Assembly: GCA_043228905.1 (NCBI GenBank)
Contig: JBHGNT010000012.1
Location: 12,400,001 to 12,464,000, forward strand
From: Azolla caroliniana
Taxonomy: Eukaryota > Plantae > Polypodiophyta
DNA length: 64,000 bases
Direction: 5' to 3'
The translations under genes were made by a program, and so were the position numbers. Below, one piece after another: positions 62,466-64,000 of this stretch; the stretch's first letter is position 1, and each line of letters starts with the position of its first letter. The notes beneath the pieces were generated by a model that was not told where the DNA came from, did no database searches, and saw only the letters and a list, made by a program, of their open reading frames with translations.

Positions 62466-64000
62466 TGTCGTGCCTTTCGGCTCCGGATCGTTGCGTGAGT
62501 CGGGTGGGAACCACAGAGGTCTTGGACTAGGAGAAAGAAGTTCGTGAGTTAGAGATTAATTATGAGTAAATAGCAAAGAGAAAGATAAGAAACTCGTGAA
62601 TCACACGAGTATACTATATTAATTGGTACTTAGGGTGTTAAGAGAGAAGTAGATGTATAAATCGTGAATCCCACGAATAATTTTTGTATTCATTAATACT
62701 TAACCCAAATAATCAACAACCCTTTACATATTTCTCTCCTCCTTATATAAGGAAGGAAGAGCTAAGCATGGCTTCATGCTTTTTTTTTTACAAAAAGTGT
62801 TCATGTGATGCTTTTTTATTTCCTAAGTATAGGGCTCATGCACGCTAGATGTGCATGAGTTATCTTTAGTGTCTCGTCTTTTTCATATATTAAAAAAAAA
62901 TACACGATTTACCTTTTAATAAAGGTATGCATAAATAAAGGTCTTATACGTATTAAATCTATATTTAAAACACTTAAGATAAGTTAATGTAATGGTAAGG
63001 TTGGGGTTTGTCAACGTGGAGGTGCAGAGTTTGAATCACGCCCTGCGCAGTAGTGAGTATTTCCTTTCTTTTTACATTTATGTCTCTTTATCCGGCTCTT
63101 CCTTGCCGGTATGCCGTTTTCTTCCTTGCCGGTATGCCGTTTTCCTCCGTGCCGGTATGCCGTTTTTCCTCCTTGCCGGTATGCCGTTTTCTTCCGGTTC
63201 TCACCGAGCACTCCATTCTCTATCCGGAGGGACAAAAATATAATTTCCACATAGTGTGCAACCTACACTACGACACTCGCCCCCTCCAAACCCGCACATC
63301 CTCCGGTATGTGCCGAAGTTCTTGATTCTTCGTATCCGTCTTCATCCGAAGCTTCCTCCGATTCTCCCCTTATGTCGACTATGAGTTGTAATCCACTTTC
63401 TTCGCTTCCCGCATCATTGTGGTCTTCGTCCCATTGCTCCTCGTTGTCGGCCTCGACTTGGATCACATAAGGTTTGTCGTCGGTCCGCTTCTTGAAAATC
63501 TTCACCCGCTTCCCGGCTATAGGCACTCGTAGTATTGTTCCATCCAACTCGGACAGTCGGTACGTCCCGTTGTCGAAGACCTTCCGAACCTCGTACGGCC
63601 CGAACCACCTTTTCGCGAATTTCCGCATCGTTGTATGTTGATGGTCCAAGCTACTATCATATACGATCACCCAATCTCCTTCTTCAATCCTCCTCGGTCG
63701 TAGTCGGTGCTTTGTGTCGAACCGGTTTTTGTTCCGGAATCGTGCTTCTTGTTGTCGGCGTGACGCTTCCGCTACATCTTTCGGTCTTCCCTCCAGTTGT
63801 CGTATCCGGACCGCTAGTAGATCTTCCCGGCTCATCTCTTTCTTCCACGGTAGTATTGTCCATGTCGCGATTGCGGTTTCCGTTGGCATTACCGGTGCTT
63901 GTCCGGTCATGAGTTCTGCCGGCATGTAACCGGTCACGGAGCTATGCGTCGTCCGATCCGCCCATAGTGCATACGGAAGCATTTGTGGCCAATCCTTCAC
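62466..64000 (-). mobile_element. Element L: 3' end of a G-family Gypsy inserted in the gag of K
   Basis: 3' LTR 62466-63275 is homologous to the G LTR; PPT 63276-63287; ~24-bp repeats at 63100-63195. Confidence 0.9.
63263..64000 (-). CDS. pol: Integrase C-terminus of L (partial)
   Basis: WPQMLPYALWADRTT...RWFGPY...YRLSELDG followed by an acidic tail. Confidence 0.88.
   Translation of the reverse strand: MKDWPQMLPYALWADRTTHSSVTGYMPAELMTGQAPVMPTETAIATWTILPWKKEMSREDLLAVRIRQLEGRPKDVAEASRRQQEARFRNKNRFDTKHRLRPRRIEEGDWVIVYDSSLDHQHTTMRKFAKRWFGPYEVRKVFDNGTYRLSELDGTILRVPIAGKRVKIFKKRTDDKPYVIQVEADNEEQWDEDHNDAGSEESGLQLIVDIRGESEEASDEDGYEESRTSAHTGGCAGLEGASVVV

Noticed and set aside
62983-63047. Functional tRNA-Asp gene
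   Set aside because: Acceptor and anticodon stems do not pair convincingly; retained only as a tRNA-derived segment.
35717-63275. G and L LTRs as the two ends of one element
   Set aside because: They are in opposite orientation, clearly diverged, and each adjoins its own internal region.

Overview
The window is gene-free plant heterochromatin, probably from a non-seed land plant such as a fern, lycophyte or bryophyte (inferred from the element lineages). It is built almost entirely of nested LTR retrotransposons, about 16 elements or fragments, labelled A-M here. Ty1/Copia content: a Tork/Tnt1-like group (B, D, E, H, plus the gag fragment J) and a second group with an extended Pol tail (A, F, I and a 5' fragment). 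Ty3/Gypsy content: a chromovirus (C) inserted in its relative C', an Athila/OTA-like element (K) with a degenerate relative, a tRNA-Trp-primed family (G, L, probably M) and a Tcn1-like remnant. Four insertions are delimited by 5-bp target-site duplications (TSDs): A, C, D and E. D and E are very young, each with one visible inactivating lesion. Most interesting signals: (1) a ~950-codon extra sense ORF downstream of pol in K, with its own TATA box, a globular N-terminal domain and a long coiled coil, split by Copia E, with a diverged homolog at ~13.5 kb; (2) a tRNA-derived A-box/B-box cassette inside the LTRs of the Trp-primed family, which also has a candidate -1 frameshift between protease and RT; (3) a regularly spaced five-hairpin array in the chromovirus 5' leader; (4) strong CCGG enrichment shared by unrelated families. 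All comparisons and counts were made by eye; no database search or folding program was run.
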